Positions 10,555 through 22,446 of a stretch of DNA of 64,000 nucleotides are shown here, in pieces (within the stretch, counting starts at the first letter, position 1; each line of letters opens with the position of its first letter). Source of the DNA: Candidatus Atelocyanobacterium thalassae (GTDB taxonomy: Bacteria > Cyanobacteriota > Cyanobacteriia > Cyanobacteriales > Microcystaceae). A program made the position numbers and the translations under genes. The notes below the pieces were generated by a model. That model did no database searches. It saw only the letters and a list, made by a program, of their open reading frames with translations, and had not been told where the DNA came from. The stretch is taken from positions 64,001-128,000 of the forward strand of contig JBFPLN010000004.1 of NCBI GenBank assembly GCA_051971635.1, given 5' to 3'.

Positions 10555-10595
10555 ACCATATATACTTCTTAACTTTATGAAGAAGTATATATGGT
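10555..10595. repeat. perfect 16-bp inverted repeat between ssb and psaF
   Basis: ACCATATATACTTCTT-9nt-AAGAAGTATATATGGT. Confidence 0.85.
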
Positions 10596-10782
10596 TTACA
10601 ACACAAATCTTAACTTAAAGAGACTAGAATGCTTACTATGATTAAGATAATACAAGATAATTTTTGTAACTTTAATCTTAATTAGATCTTTGAATCAGAT
10701 TAATATAACTTGTTACATTATTGACTTATTTTGTCTTGTATTCCATGAACTTAGTCTTTTGTGACAAAAGGAAACAACTTCT

Positions 10783-11271
10783 ATGAAACGATTATTGTTC
10801 ACATTAATTCTTATCACAACTCTGTGGTTTAATTTTACCCCTACTGCTTCAGCTTCTTATGATAATCTAACCCCTTGCGGTGATTCTGCTGCTTATCAGC
10901 AAAAATCGAAGCATTTTTTGAATACTACTGATGATCAGCAATCTGGACAGAAACGTGCCGAACGTTATGCTGAAGCATTGTGTGGTTCAGATGGTTATCC
11001 TCATTTAGTAGTAGATGGCAACTTAGCACATATTGGAGATTTTGCTATTCCTGGCATAATGTTCCTTTATATAGCAGGCTGGATTGGCTGGGTTGGTCGT
11101 GCTTACTTAATTGCCATTAATGGTGATACAAGTAAAGAAATTATTATTGATGTTCCTTTAGCTATTGGACAAATGTTAATGGGATTTGCTTGGCCAGTCT
11201 TAGCTTTTTATGAGTTCATTTCTGGAGATTTAGTAGTGAAGGATAGTGAAATTACTGTATCCCCACGATAA
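10783..11271 (+). CDS. psaF: photosystem I subunit III
   Basis: Signal peptide, [42 protein letters not shown]. Confidence 0.97.
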   Translation: MKRLLFTLILITTLWFNFTPTASASYDNLTPCGDSAAYQQKSKHFLNTTDDQQSGQKRAERYAEALCGSDGYPHLVVDGNLAHIGDFAIPGIMFLYIAGWIGWVGRAYLIAINGDTSKEIIIDVPLAIGQMLMGFAWPVLAFYEFISGDLVVKDSEITVSPR

Positions 11272-11323
11272 TTAAGTTCATCCTAACATTTTTACTGTTC
11301 ATTAAATTATTGGAGAATTACTC

Positions 11324-11452
11324 ATGGAAAATTTGACAAAATTCTTGTCAACTGCACCTATTTTAATCATGGTCTTGCTGACCTTTACTGCAGGTCTCTT
11401 GATTGAATTCAACCGTTTTTTCCCCGATCTTCTTTTTCATCCTTTAGGATAA
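11324..11452 (+). CDS. psaJ: photosystem I subunit IX (42 aa; not in ORF track)
   Basis: Manual translation [49 protein letters not shown]; follows psaF. Confidence 0.96.
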   Translation: MENLTKFLSTAPILIMVLLTFTAGLLIEFNRFFPDLLFHPLG

Positions 11453-11491
11453 AAAATTGATTAATTACACTATTTAGGTACTAGTCCTGAA

Positions 11492-11544
11492 AAAGATGAA
11501 TTAGTTATATCTTAGTAAAATTGAAATATAGCTAATTCATCTTT
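11492..11544 (+). terminator. long hairpin after psaFJ
   Basis: AAAGATGAATTAGTTATAT / ATATAGCTAATTCATCTTT, 19-bp arms with one G-U pair. Confidence 0.65.
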
Positions 11545-11731
11545 GCGTTGACTCTAAAATTTCAAGAAATTAGTACCAAAAATTGCTTCTAGTCCAATTA
11601 GATTTTAACTATTTATAATTTAGAGTAGAAGTCATATTTGTTTAAGAAATACAAGATGTAGTTATGATCTAGATTTTTTCATTTTAAATTTCTTACTATT
11701 GAACAAAACTTTTCTGGCAATAATATGCAAA

Positions 11732-12688
11732 TTAAAAATTGTCAGATAAACAATCGATAACTTGCTTATATAATTTTTCCTTATCAAGATTTTGTCCAAT
11801 TAAAACTAATTGATTATTAAAATATTCCTTAACCTCTTCGTCTTCTATGTTAAAGCGTTTTCCAGTTAAATGAAAAACATGACGCTTTTGGCTTTCTTCA
11901 AACCACAAAATACCTTTTGATCTGAATACATTATCAGGTAGTTGATTATTAAGAAAATATTGAAATTTTTGCATAGAAAATGGCTTATTACTCTCAAAAG
12001 AAATTGAAGTAAATTCATCATCTTTTAAGTGATGATGATGAGTATGTTTATTATTATCATACTTAGAATACTTATCAATATTAAATAAATCAGATCCAAG
12101 AATTAAAGGTAAAGGAACTTGAGAATTTTTAGTTTTTAAAATTCTAGCAAATTCCTTCATTTTGTGAAGACGCTGTTCTAATTCATTAACTTCCCTTTCA
12201 CTAACTAAATCAGTTTTGTTCAGTAAAATAATATCCCCATAAGTTATCTGACTATATGCAGCCTGAGAATTAAATAAATCAAGACAAAAATTAGAACAAT
12301 CTATCATTGTAATAATAGAATCAACACGTGTTAAGTTTCTTAAATCAGCACCTAAAAAAGATAATGCAATTGGCAAAGGATCTGCTAAACCAGTAGTTTC
12401 TATTACCAAATGATCAATTTTTTTAGAATGTTCTAAGATTTTATAAATAGCCTGAATTAAATCATTATTAATAGAGCAACAAATACAACCATTATTAAGC
12501 TCGACAATATTATCATTAGTGGTAACAATTAATTCATTATCGATTCCAATTTCTCCAAATTCATTGACTAAGACCCCAATATTTTTACTTTCTTGATTAG
12601 TGAGAATATGATTAAGAAGCGTAGTTTTGCCACTACCGAGAAAACCAGTGATGATTGTAACAGGTAAAATTTGATTACTTTTGTCCAT
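11732..12688 (-). CDS. CobW/COG0523 family metal-binding GTPase
   Basis: [37 protein letters not shown], short His tract. Confidence 0.92.
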   Translation of the reverse strand: MDKSNQILPVTIITGFLGSGKTTLLNHILTNQESKNIGVLVNEFGEIGIDNELIVTTNDNIVELNNGCICCSINNDLIQAIYKILEHSKKIDHLVIETTGLADPLPIALSFLGADLRNLTRVDSIITMIDCSNFCLDLFNSQAAYSQITYGDIILLNKTDLVSEREVNELEQRLHKMKEFARILKTKNSQVPLPLILGSDLFNIDKYSKYDNNKHTHHHHLKDDEFTSISFESNKPFSMQKFQYFLNNQLPDNVFRSKGILWFEESQKRHVFHLTGKRFNIEDEEVKEYFNNQLVLIGQNLDKEKLYKQVIDCLSDNF

Positions 12689-12902
12689 AATCTTTAAACT
12701 GAATTAATTATTGTTTTTTAATTTTTTTAAAAACGAAACACAAAAGTTACTGCTAAATATTAGCAAAAAAAGAAATAAAGTATTTTATGCTGATTTAGAT
12801 ATTACTAATTTTTTTGACTATTTAAATAACTTAAAAGTACTTTTAAAATATACTTCATATACAAAATAAATAATGAAGTATATTTCAGCTTCAAAAGTAT
12901 TA

Positions 12903-13217
12903 TTATGAATCTTGATTAGAATCTGGAAAGCGTGGATGAATTTGCTCAGCATCAGGACATTCATCAGATACAATAATCTCAGAATTATACCGTGAAACAG
13001 AAGCAATTTTTTGACTGATTGCCCCAATACTTTCTAATCTCACCATCTCTTCCCAAGAACTAATTTCGTCATCTTCCTCAGTTTCATATCGAATAATGAC
13101 TAAATCTCCTTCTAGAGATAGAATAGTCGCACCATCAATCCAACGTTGCTGATCCCGCAAGAACAGGCAAACTTCTCGACCTTCTGTACAAAGTTGATAA
13201 ATCTTGCGGTGTAGCAT
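12903..13217 (-). CDS. conserved cyanobacterial hypothetical protein (DUF6679-like)
   Basis: MLHRKIYQLC.EGREV..FLRDQQRW; GAGGAG RBS upstream. Confidence 0.8.
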   Translation of the reverse strand: MLHRKIYQLCTEGREVCLFLRDQQRWIDGATILSLEGDLVIIRYETEEDDEISSWEEMVRLESIGAISQKIASVSRYNSEIIVSDECPDAEQIHPRFPDSNQDS

Positions 13218-13458
13218 AGATGTCTCCTCAACAGGTAACAGCCTTAATAAATTTACACTAACATTAAAAATAGTCCATATGCTATGTCACATAGGCTATT
13301 TTTAGAATAATTAATAATTACAGCAATCATTTCAGCAAAACTTTGCATGAGCCGATTTTAAAATATGCTTGTATTGCTTGTATTAATAGACACTATTAGT
13401 TTCGACAGAGAATAGAATTAATAATATTTGTAATTAAAATAATATTGAGTACAAATAT

Positions 13459-13677
13459 TTATTCTTCATCCCATGCCTCAACAAGTAGAACTTCACTTAC
13501 AGGATCTTGCATTGCAAAACCAAAATCTAATAATTCTTTTTTCCAATAAGACCATTCATTGTCATAAAGAAGAGCTAATTTCCATATACTATCACTGGGC
13601 TTGAGGACTTTTGACTCTACCAGTGAAGAAACTTTACGTTGAAACTTCATCATAGGATGAGTAACTTGTTTCGTCAT
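13459..13677 (-). CDS. DUF4327 family protein
   Basis: HPMMKFQRKV.SLVES..LKPSDSIWK...WKKELLDFGF; ATG at 13677 preferred over TTG at 13689. Confidence 0.82.
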   Translation of the reverse strand: MTKQVTHPMMKFQRKVSSLVESKVLKPSDSIWKLALLYDNEWSYWKKELLDFGFAMQDPVSEVLLVEAWDEE

Positions 13678-14133
13678 AGACTCAATCAATTTATGTTTAC
13701 TAAATTGTACGAATGTTTTAAGATCAACTTCTTCTTTAATATTTCTATATATGATTAAAGCAATATACGTTTATTTAATACCTATATTTAGAGAAGTATT
13801 CCTACTACATTCTTTTTTAACTGATATATTCAGTTTATGCAAGTCTTTTTAATTTATAGTATGGTAATTACTACTCTAGTATGTTGATCCAAAGCCATGT
13901 TTAATCATCAATTCAGCTTCAAAGTTTATAAAAATTTCTAATAAAATATTTCAAAACATATGTCCAGTATTGGTATGAATAATTGATGTTATTCACTGAT
14001 TTATAACAAATAGTAGATTTTAGAGTTATTTTAGATAAATATCTAAGCTTATTAATTTAAAAAACAATATTTCTCAAAGTAGTTTAAAAAAAAGCTATCT
14101 AACTAACCTAATTATTTTTATTCTACAAGTACT

Positions 14134-14880
14134 ATGACATTAACAAAATCAATAGAATGGCTAGCATTAGTAATTGGTAATTCTCATCTTCATTGGGGAT
14201 ATTTTAAAAATGGGTTTTTACATAGTTGTTGGGACACACATTATTATTACAAGCCTATCAATAAATTAATATTACCATCTGAAGTTTTATTAGCTAATAT
14301 CCCTGAAAATCTACCACTTATTGTGGCTTCTGTTGTACCAAAGCAGACTAGCATATGGAAAGAATACTATGGTGTTAATATCATAAAGTTAAGCGATATT
14401 CCAGTAAAGAACCTCTATTCAAATATCGGGATAGATAGGGCTTTAGCTGTTCTTGGAGCTGGAGCAACATATAGTTTCCCTTGTTTAGTAATTGATGCAG
14501 GTACTGCTTTAACTTTTACAGGTGTAGATCAAAATTCTGCTCTTATAGGAGGAGCTATTCTGCCAGGATTAAAATTACAGTTCGATTCATTATCAAGTAA
14601 GATTGAAACTTTACCTAATGTTAATTTACCTAAAAAATTACCGTGTCGATGGTCAAGAAGTACTATAGGAGCAATTAAAAGTGGAATAATATATACAATT
14701 ATTAGTGGAATTAAAATATTTATAGATAATTGGTTAATAAATTATCCAAATAGTCATATAATTTTGACAGGAGGCGATTCTATTACTCTGTATAATTATT
14801 TTATTGAAAAAGATTCAAATAATTTTAGGAAATTAAAAGTGGATAGAAATCTTATCTTTTGGGGTATTAAATCAATATAA
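14134..14880 (+). CDS. coaX: type III pantothenate kinase
   Basis: IGNS, ASVVP, GIDR, VIDAGTALT, GGAILPG, LTGGD. Confidence 0.92.
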   Translation: MTLTKSIEWLALVIGNSHLHWGYFKNGFLHSCWDTHYYYKPINKLILPSEVLLANIPENLPLIVASVVPKQTSIWKEYYGVNIIKLSDIPVKNLYSNIGIDRALAVLGAGATYSFPCLVIDAGTALTFTGVDQNSALIGGAILPGLKLQFDSLSSKIETLPNVNLPKKLPCRWSRSTIGAIKSGIIYTIISGIKIFIDNWLINYPNSHIILTGGDSITLYNYFIEKDSNNFRKLKVDRNLIFWGIKSI

Positions 14881-14940
14881 CTTTGATTGTAAAAACAAAA
14901 AGATTTTATTTTTATAAAAATTATCAAATTAAAGAAAGTT

Positions 14941-16068
14941 TTACTGTTCAAAAGTGTTTGGATCTAACGCATCTCTTAATCCATCTCCGAGTAAATTAAA
15001 AGATAAAACCGTTATAATAATTGCTAGAGCCGGAGGCCAGATTAACCAAGGTTGTAATACTAAAATTGATGCATTAGTAGATACTGAGAGAAGATTCCCC
15101 CAACTAGCATCAGGCTGTTGAATTCCTAAGCCAATCAAACTTAACACTGACTCCGACACAATGAATTCAGGAATTGTTAATGTAGCAGAAATAATAATAT
15201 AAGTTGCTGTTTGAGGTAAAATATGATGGAGAATAATTCTTTTGTTAGTTGCTCCCATAGCTTTAGCAGCTTGAACAAACTCTTGATCTTTAAAGGAAAG
15301 TACTTGCCCTCTAATAACTCTAGCGAGTCCTGACCAGCCAATGAAAGAGGTAATTAAGATGATTAAAACAAATCGCTGTGTATTATTTAAACTTGGAGGA
15401 ATTACTGTAGCTAAAGCAACCAACAGATAGATTCCTGGAATTGTCATCAAAACTTCTACTAAACGCATTAAAACTATATCAATCCACCCACCAAAATATC
15501 CAGAAATACCTCCAACGATTATACCTATTGGAAAAGAGATCATAATTCCTACTAATCCAATAAATAAACTAACTCTTCCTCCGAATAACAATCGACTAAA
15601 TTGATCTCTTCCTTGTTCATCAGTTCCTAATAAATTTAATTTTCCTTTACCCATAGCTCCTATAAGATGAACATCTATAGGAATTCCAGGAAATAAACTA
15701 ACTTCCTTAAAAGAGGGAGGTAAAGGAATAGATATATTAAATAACTTATACCTGTTTCCTTTTACAAATAAACGGATAGGAGATGGATCTTGAAAATTAA
15801 TATTTAAGTCACGCCTTCCTGTTTCAATATCTATGGGGCTTTGACTAGTTGGGTAAACATGAGGTCCGATATATTTGCCTTTAAGCGGTCCATCTTGAAT
15901 TGTCCAATAAATTGGGGTTGGAGGTAACAAGGAACCGTCTATTTGGGATGAATAGGGATTATACGGAGCAATAAAATCTGCAGCAATAACTACTACATAT
16001 AAGATAGTTAATATAGTGATGCCAAAAAGTGCTAAATAATTATTTCTAAATTTTTGCCATAGGTTCAT
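14941..16068 (-). CDS. oligopeptide/dipeptide ABC transporter permease (OppC/DppC-like)
   Basis: LLGTDEQGRDQFSRLLFGGRVSL, EFVQAAKAMGA, LSLIGLGIQQP, FNLLGDGLRDALDP. Confidence 0.92.
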   Translation of the reverse strand: MNLWQKFRNNYLALFGITILTILYVVVIAADFIAPYNPYSSQIDGSLLPPTPIYWTIQDGPLKGKYIGPHVYPTSQSPIDIETGRRDLNINFQDPSPIRLFVKGNRYKLFNISIPLPPSFKEVSLFPGIPIDVHLIGAMGKGKLNLLGTDEQGRDQFSRLLFGGRVSLFIGLVGIMISFPIGIIVGGISGYFGGWIDIVLMRLVEVLMTIPGIYLLVALATVIPPSLNNTQRFVLIILITSFIGWSGLARVIRGQVLSFKDQEFVQAAKAMGATNKRIILHHILPQTATYIIISATLTIPEFIVSESVLSLIGLGIQQPDASWGNLLSVSTNASILVLQPWLIWPPALAIIITVLSFNLLGDGLRDALDPNTFEQ

Positions 16069-16267
16069 GATTTTAGCTTCATATTTTATTGATTAAAAAC
16101 CAGATAATTTTCAAAAGACCTGAACTGCACATGCACAGATAGTGGGCCAGTCACTATATGAATAACATACCTTAGATAATATATACTTGAAGTTTTTATA
16201 AAAAAGTTTATTTTTATTTGTTAGTTTGATAACTTGGTAATAAAATCAACATTTAATAGAAGATACG

Positions 16268-16299
16268 AATAAGGAGAGTAAGATATTACTCTCCTTATT
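16268..16299 (-). terminator. perfect hairpin just after guaB stop
   Basis: AATAAGGAGAGTAA-gata-TTACTCTCCTTATT, 14-bp stem. Confidence 0.75.
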
Positions 16300-16303
16300 T
16301 ACA

Positions 16304-17482
16304 TTATTTACCCATTCCTAGTTGCTGAGCTTTTTGATAAACTTTTCCTTCTGTTAACAAAGAAGGTGCAATTACTACTTCAACTTTTTGCATTTCTTTT
16401 ATATTTTTGGCTCCTAATGTACTCATACTAGTTTTTAATGCCCCTAATAAATTATGAGTTCCATCATCTAGCTTAGCAGGTCCAATTAAAATTTCTTCTA
16501 TAGTTCCTGTTGTACCTACATTTATTCTTGTACCTCTTGGCAGGATAGGGGATGGCGTTGCCATCCCCCAATGATATCCTTTACCAGGAGCTTCTACTGC
16601 ACGAGCTATAGGAGAACCTATCATTACTGAATCAGCACCACAAGCTATACACTTACAGATATCGCCTCCTGTAATAATTCCTCCATCTGCAATAATAGGT
16701 GTATATGTACCTGTCTTTTTATAATATTCATCACGTGCTGCAGCACAGTTAGCAATAGCTGTAGGCTGCGGAACACCTATTCCTAAGACACCTCTAGAAG
16801 TACAAGCAGCTCCTGGACCAATACCAACTAGTACTCCTGCAGCTCCTGCTTCCATAAGTTCCAATGCTACTTCATAAGTGACACAGTTACCAAGAACAAC
16901 CGGCATAGGCATATCTTTACAAAACTGTTGTAAATCAAGAGAAGAGATAGACTCTGGTGTTAAATGGTTGGTTGAAACTACTGTAGCTTGAACAAATAAC
17001 AAATCTGCTCCTGCATCGGCCACAATTTTTCCATATTTAGAAGCACCTAGAGGAGTCAGACTAACTGCAGCAATATTTCCAGTAGATTTAATACTTTCAA
17101 TACGTTTTTTGATTAGCTCAGGTTTAACTGGCTCTGCATAAAGTTTCTGCATTAATTCTACAAACTCTGATTTACCTACTGAAGCAATGTTTTCAAGGAT
17201 TGGAGTAGGATCGTCATAACGAGTTTGAATACCTTCTAAGTTCAAAACTCCTATAGCTCCAAGGCCTGAAAGCAGATTAGCCATGTTAGTATCTATTACT
17301 CCATCCATAGCACTTGCAAGAATAGGTATGTCCCTTTTTATGTTTCCAATACTCCAACTAGTATCTATTAGAGCAGGATCCAAAGTACATGTACCAGGTA
17401 CGAGTGCAATTTCATTTATGCCATACGCCCGTTTAGCTGTTTTTCCATGACCAATAATAATATCCACGTTTTTATATTCCAT
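16304..17482 (-). CDS. guaB: IMP dehydrogenase family protein (cyanobacterial GuaB3 type, no CBS domains)
   Basis: ASAMDGV, GIGPGAACTSR catalytic loop, IIADGG, HWGMA. Confidence 0.92.
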   Translation of the reverse strand: MEYKNVDIIIGHGKTAKRAYGINEIALVPGTCTLDPALIDTSWSIGNIKRDIPILASAMDGVIDTNMANLLSGLGAIGVLNLEGIQTRYDDPTPILENIASVGKSEFVELMQKLYAEPVKPELIKKRIESIKSTGNIAAVSLTPLGASKYGKIVADAGADLLFVQATVVSTNHLTPESISSLDLQQFCKDMPMPVVLGNCVTYEVALELMEAGAAGVLVGIGPGAACTSRGVLGIGVPQPTAIANCAAARDEYYKKTGTYTPIIADGGIITGGDICKCIACGADSVMIGSPIARAVEAPGKGYHWGMATPSPILPRGTRINVGTTGTIEEILIGPAKLDDGTHNLLGALKTSMSTLGAKNIKEMQKVEVVIAPSLLTEGKVYQKAQQLGMGK

Positions 17483-17705
17483 TCCCTAAGTATTAAATTA
17501 GGCTAGCAAATTTTTGGAGTTTTCGGGTATAAAAATCAAAAACTTCGTTTTAGTGAGATGAAATCAGCTGAATATATGAAAGTTTAATAAACTATTAAGA
17601 TGTAATTACCATATGTAATTTGTCATATGGTTTTTTAAAAATGTAACAGACCACCAGAACAACCTTTTTTATACATTATTTAATCGATCAAGAATTTTTA
17701 TTCAG

Positions 17706-17774
17706 AAATAAAATTCTTATTTATGCAATGTGGTTTTTTAGCATAAAAAATAAAATTCTTATTTATACAATGTG
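17706..17774. repeat. 27-bp direct repeat, two copies, 42-nt period
   Basis: AAATAAAATTCTTATTTAT(G/A)CAATGTG at 17706-17732 and 17748-17774. Confidence 0.85.
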
Positions 17775-18042
17775 ATGGACTAATCTCTTATAATCCTCAA
17801 GTATATATAGAAATATTTCTTGATACTTTTACTAAGATTAATCTCAAACGCTGAAAATATATTCAACATAAAGAGAAATTTAGTTTCATGAATAAAGCTA
17901 TAAGTATAAAAAAGATGGAACTTCTTTATACTATTGAAGTGGAAAAAAATATTAATTTCTAATCTTTAGCTGTATTAGCCATACTGAAATTCTAATGATA
18001 TGGCACAATCTAATTAAAAATAAATAATTATTAATACTTTAA

Positions 18043-20769
18043 ATGACTGTAAACATATTTGAATTATCAACTAAATACGATCCTAAACTAACAGAATCCA
18101 AGTGGCAAAAAGCTTGGGAAACTCATCAAATTTTTAAAGCTAATACAAAAGAAAAAGAAAATGTTTTCTGTATGGTTATTCCTCCTCCTAACGTTACAGG
18201 TAGTCTTCATATGGGTCATGCATTTGAAGATTGCTTGATGGATGTGTTAGTGCGTTATCATAGAATGAATGGAAAGAATACATTATGTCTCCCTGGAACT
18301 GATCATGCGAGTATTGCAGTTCATAGTATCCTTGATAATCAATTAAAAAAAGAAGGCAAGACTCGTTATGATATTGGAAGAGAAGAGTTTCTTCAGCGAG
18401 CCTGGGAATGGAAAGAATCATCAGGAGGAAAGATAGTAACTCAACTAAAAGAAGTTGGTTTATCTGCTGACTGGTCGAGAGAGCGTTTCACTCTGGATGA
18501 GGGATTGTCGAAAGCTGTTAAAACTGCTTTTATACAACTATATGAAGCAGGGTTGATCTATAGAGGTAACTATTTAATTAATTGGTGTCCTGCTTCTTTG
18601 TCTGCAGTATCAGACTTAGAAGTAGAGAATAGAGAAGTTAAAGGAAATCTGTGGTATTTTCGCTATCCTTTAAAGGATAATAGTGGCTATTTAGACGTTG
18701 CGACTACTAGACCTGAAACTATTTTAGGTGATACTGGAGTAGCTGTTCATCCTGATGATAAACGATATCAAAATTTAATTGGGAAAACTCTAATATTGCC
18801 CATTGTAGGCCGAGAAATTTTAATAGTCGCAGATGATTCAGTTGATCCAAATTTTGGAACTGGATCTGTGAAAATTACTCCTGCTCATGATCCTAATGAT
18901 TTTGCTATAGGTAGTCGTCATAACTTACCTTTTATTAATATTCTTAATAAAGATGGTAGCTTAAACGAAAATGCTGGAGAATTTCAGGGACAAGACCGTT
19001 ACGAAGCTCGTGAAAATATTGTCAAGAGACTAAAAAAAGATGGATTTTTAGTCAAAGTTGAAGACCATTATCATTCAGTTCCATACAGTGATCGTGGTAA
19101 AGTTCCTATTGAGCCATTACTTTCCACCCAATGGTTTGTAAAAATTGAACCATTGTCTAAGAAAGCACTTAAATTCTTAGATGAAGAGAATTCACCCCGT
19201 TTCATTCCTGACCGATGGACAAAAGTCTATAGGGATTGGTTGATAAAATTGAAAGATTGGTGTATTTCACGCCAGCTGTGGTGGGGACATCAAATACCAG
19301 CATGGTATGTAATTAGCCAAACTAATGGAATAATAACTGATAGTACACCTTTTGTTGTAGCTTACGATAAAGATGAAGCTTTAGAAAAAGCGCAAAAAGA
19401 GTATGGAAAAAATCTCGTATTAGAACAAGATCCTGACGTTTTAGATACTTGGTTCTCATCAGGTTTATGGCCTTTCTCTACATTAGGTTGGCCAGAAAAG
19501 ACAGAAGATTTTGCAACTTATTATCCTACAAGTACTCTTGTTACCGGGTTTGATATTATATTTTTTTGGGTAGCAAGAATGACTATGATGGCGGGGTATT
19601 TTACAGACCAAATACCTTTTAAAGATGTTTATATTCATGGACTAGTTAGAGATGAAAATGGTAAGAAGATGTCAAAATCTTCTAATAATGGAATAGATCC
19701 ATTAATTTTAATAGAAAAATATGGCACCGATGCACTCCGTTATACTTTAATTAAAGAAGTCGCAGGAGCTGGTCAAGATGTAACTTTACAATATAGTAGA
19801 GAAACTAATGAGTCTGAATCTGTAGAAGCATCTAGGAATTTTGCAAACAAATTATGGAATGCTGCAAGATTTGTAATAATGAATCTGGAAGAAAATGTTC
19901 AAAACAATGTAGGTAATATTAATATTGAGTACCTAGATTTAGCTGATTATTGGATATTATCAAGATTTCAGAAAGTAACACAACAAACTATTAACTATGT
20001 CAATAGTTATGGCTTAGGGGAAGCAGCCAAAGGACTATATGATTTCGTTTGGAGTGATTTTTGTGATTCGTATATTGAATTGGTAAAATCTCGATTATCA
20101 GAAAAGACAGATTCTTCTCTAGGTGCTCAGCAAACTTTAGCATATGTTCTAGATGGGATATTGAAGTTACTTCATCCATTTATGCCTCATATTACAGAAG
20201 AGATTTGGCAAACCTTAACACAGAAAGATAGCGATTTTATAGCTATCCAGGCGTACCCCAAACCTGAGTTGAGTTATGTAAATAAAGATTTGGAAAATCT
20301 CTTTGATTTACTATTTGATGTAATTAAGACTATTCGTAATTTACGTGCTGAGTTAGATATTAAACCTAAAATAAAAACTTCCGTGATATTACAGAGTGAA
20401 AGTCAAGTAACACAAGATACCTTAAGAATAGGTCAAAAATATATTCAAGATTTGGGGAAAATAAGTAAGATAACTATTGTTCCTAAAGTAGAATCAAAGA
20501 AAGAGCAAGTATTTACTGGAGTTGTGAAAAATATACAAATTCTAATTCCATTATCAGGAATAGTTGATATTGCTCTCCTTCGTCAAAAATTAGAAAAAAA
20601 TTTAAATAAAATAGAGAATGAAGCTAATATCTTAACAAAACGTTTAAGTAATTCTAAATTTATTTTAAAAGCTCCTGCAACAGTAGTTCAAGGAACAAAA
20701 GATGCTCTTGAAGAAGCCAAGCAACAAACTTTCATTTTGCGAGAACGTCTTCAATACTTGCATGAATAA
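18043..20769 (+). CDS. valS: valine--tRNA ligase
   Basis: [31 protein letters not shown]-terminal coiled coil. Confidence 0.98.
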   Translation: MTVNIFELSTKYDPKLTESKWQKAWETHQIFKANTKEKENVFCMVIPPPNVTGSLHMGHAFEDCLMDVLVRYHRMNGKNTLCLPGTDHASIAVHSILDNQLKKEGKTRYDIGREEFLQRAWEWKESSGGKIVTQLKEVGLSADWSRERFTLDEGLSKAVKTAFIQLYEAGLIYRGNYLINWCPASLSAVSDLEVENREVKGNLWYFRYPLKDNSGYLDVATTRPETILGDTGVAVHPDDKRYQNLIGKTLILPIVGREILIVADDSVDPNFGTGSVKITPAHDPNDFAIGSRHNLPFINILNKDGSLNENAGEFQGQDRYEARENIVKRLKKDGFLVKVEDHYHSVPYSDRGKVPIEPLLSTQWFVKIEPLSKKALKFLDEENSPRFIPDRWTKVYRDWLIKLKDWCISRQLWWGHQIPAWYVISQTNGIITDSTPFVVAYDKDEALEKAQKEYGKNLVLEQDPDVLDTWFSSGLWPFSTLGWPEKTEDFATYYPTSTLVTGFDIIFFWVARMTMMAGYFTDQIPFKDVYIHGLVRDENGKKMSKSSNNGIDPLILIEKYGTDALRYTLIKEVAGAGQDVTLQYSRETNESESVEASRNFANKLWNAARFVIMNLEENVQNNVGNINIEYLDLADYWILSRFQKVTQQTINYVNSYGLGEAAKGLYDFVWSDFCDSYIELVKSRLSEKTDSSLGAQQTLAYVLDGILKLLHPFMPHITEEIWQTLTQKDSDFIAIQAYPKPELSYVNKDLENLFDLLFDVIKTIRNLRAELDIKPKIKTSVILQSESQVTQDTLRIGQKYIQDLGKISKITIVPKVESKKEQVFTGVVKNIQILIPLSGIVDIALLRQKLEKNLNKIENEANILTKRLSNSKFILKAPATVVQGTKDALEEAKQQTFILRERLQYLHE

Positions 20770-20825
20770 TTTGTTATTTATTATCAATAATCAAAATTTT
20801 GATTATTGATAATAAATAACAAATT
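20768..20825. repeat. 58-bp perfect palindrome overlapping valS stop
   Basis: AATTTGTTATTTATTATCAATAATCAAAA|TTTTGATTATTGATAATAAATAACAAATT, checked base by base. Confidence 0.95.
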
Positions 20826-21010
20826 CTAAAATAGAGGCTTAATTGCATATTCCTCTACAAATGACTTAATATAGTATTATTTACAACCACATTAAGCAGT
20901 AAGATAAAGCATAAAAATATGAGAACAATACATAGCTACTGTTCAATATAGTATTGAGAAATATATTGATTATGGATAATAAGTCCTAATACACTTATGT
21001 AGTAAAAGAG

Positions 21011-21556
21011 TTGATGAGAATTGATAGAAATAAAAAATTAAAGACACTATCAGGACAAATTATCAGGCCTACTTCTTCTAAAGTAAAAGAAGCGTTGTTT
21101 AATATTTGGCAAGGTAAAATTCCGGGATGTAGTTTACTAGACTTATGTGCAGGAAATGGAACAGTAGGACATGAAGCTCTTTGTAGAGGTGCAGCTCTCG
21201 TAGTTGGGATCGAAAAATATGGAAAAGCTTGTACAATTATTAATACAAATTGGCTCAAATTTTCCGATTCTGGACAAAAATCTAAAGTAATTAAAGGTGA
21301 TGCCTTAAAGATCTTAAATAATTTAGAAGTTCAGCAATTTGATTTTATTTATTTCGACCCTCCCTACAGGAGTAACTTGTATCAGCCTGTTCTTGAATTA
21401 ATTGCAAAAAGAAATATTTTAGCCAAAAGCGGAGAAGTTGCTGTGGAACATGATTCAAGATTGTGGAAAGCAAGAGAAATAAGAAGATTAAAAATTACAA
21501 AGGAGAGGCAATATGGAAATACAAGTTTAACTTTTTACCAGTCAAATCTAGATTGA
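21011..21556 (+). CDS. rsmD: 16S rRNA m2G966 methyltransferase
   Basis: IRPTSSKVKEALFN, LDLCAGNG..G.EAL.RGA, FDPPY, YGNT. Confidence 0.9.
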   Translation: MMRIDRNKKLKTLSGQIIRPTSSKVKEALFNIWQGKIPGCSLLDLCAGNGTVGHEALCRGAALVVGIEKYGKACTIINTNWLKFSDSGQKSKVIKGDALKILNNLEVQQFDFIYFDPPYRSNLYQPVLELIAKRNILAKSGEVAVEHDSRLWKAREIRRLKITKERQYGNTSLTFYQSNLD

Positions 21557-21564
21557 CTAGAGCA

Positions 21565-21592
21565 AAACTTTGATTTAATCAAATCAAAGTTT
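21565..21592 (+). terminator. hairpin after rsmD
   Basis: AAACTTTGATTT-aatc-AAATCAAAGTTT, 12-bp stem. Confidence 0.6.
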
Positions 21593-21909
21593 GTTTAATA
21601 TTACAATTGTCATATCTAAGTAATGGAATATGACTAGATTATGGCTTGAAAGTTATTCAGGAAGACTATATTATTGTATTTTTATGAATTACAAATAATA
21701 AAAATAGCTAATTAGAAAATAAAGTAATAGTATTTTTTAAGCATATATGTATTGTAAATTTTAACTAAAATGCTTTATATTTTGATTTACCTGTACTAAT
21801 TATTACAGTAATTAGCACAGTATTTTCTCTCAATACATTAATAAAAGAATTTTTGATTCAAGATTGAAATATAAATAAACTAAAAGAGTAAATAACATAT
21901 AAGAGTAAA

Positions 21910-22446
21910 ATGAGAACAAGTATTCTTTCAGCTGAAAAAATAAGACAAGTTTTAACTCGTTTAGCCTCTCAAGTAATTGAAAAATCGGGAGATTTATCAG
22001 ATATTGTACTTTTGGGAATTCATACTAGAGGTGTTCCTCTAGCCTCTATGTTGGCTCAACAAATAGAAATATTGGAAAACTTTAAAGTTCCTGTTGGTTC
22101 TATAGATATTACTTTTTATAGAGACGATTTAGATAGAATTAGAACCAGAACCCCAGCTAAAGCTACGTTTTCTTTTGACATAACTGGAAAAACTGTAATA
22201 TTAGTTGATGATGTTATCTATAAAGGAAGAACAATTCGTGCTGCTCTTAATGCTATTAATGAATATGGAAGACCTGAAAAAATTCGTTTATTAGTGTTGA
22301 TAGATCGAGGTCATCGAGAGCTACCAATCCATCCTGACTTCATAGGAAAAAAATTACCTACATCATCTAAAGAACAAGTAAAGGTTTATCTTGAAGAAAC
22401 AGATGGGAGAGATGCTGTAGAGTTAATTAAAAATAATTATTTATGA
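21910..22446 (+). CDS. pyrR: bifunctional pyr regulator / uracil phosphoribosyltransferase
   Basis: [49 protein letters not shown]. Confidence 0.95.
   Translation: MRTSILSAEKIRQVLTRLASQVIEKSGDLSDIVLLGIHTRGVPLASMLAQQIEILENFKVPVGSIDITFYRDDLDRIRTRTPAKATFSFDITGKTVILVDDVIYKGRTIRAALNAINEYGRPEKIRLLVLIDRGHRELPIHPDFIGKKLPTSSKEQVKVYLEETDGRDAVELIKNNYL

Noticed and set aside
12818..13027. 69-aa ORF overlapping the DUF6679-like gene
   Set aside because: Alternative frame of a conserved gene, with no recognisable features
16069..16303. Looked for Yfr1 sRNA and trxA, often found next to guaB
   Set aside because: No ACTCCTCACAC motif and no thioredoxin ORF seen on either strand
17706..17774. Possible mini-CRISPR
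   Set aside because: Only two units, a 15-nt gap, no cas genes and no repeat-like terminal motif
17780..18042. T-box leader before valS
   Set aside because: No AGGGTGGTACCGCG-like T-box sequence; T-boxes are not expected in cyanobacteria
21600..21909. PyrR-binding attenuator upstream of pyrR
   Set aside because: No AGTCCAGAGAGG-like binding loop or GC hairpin visible
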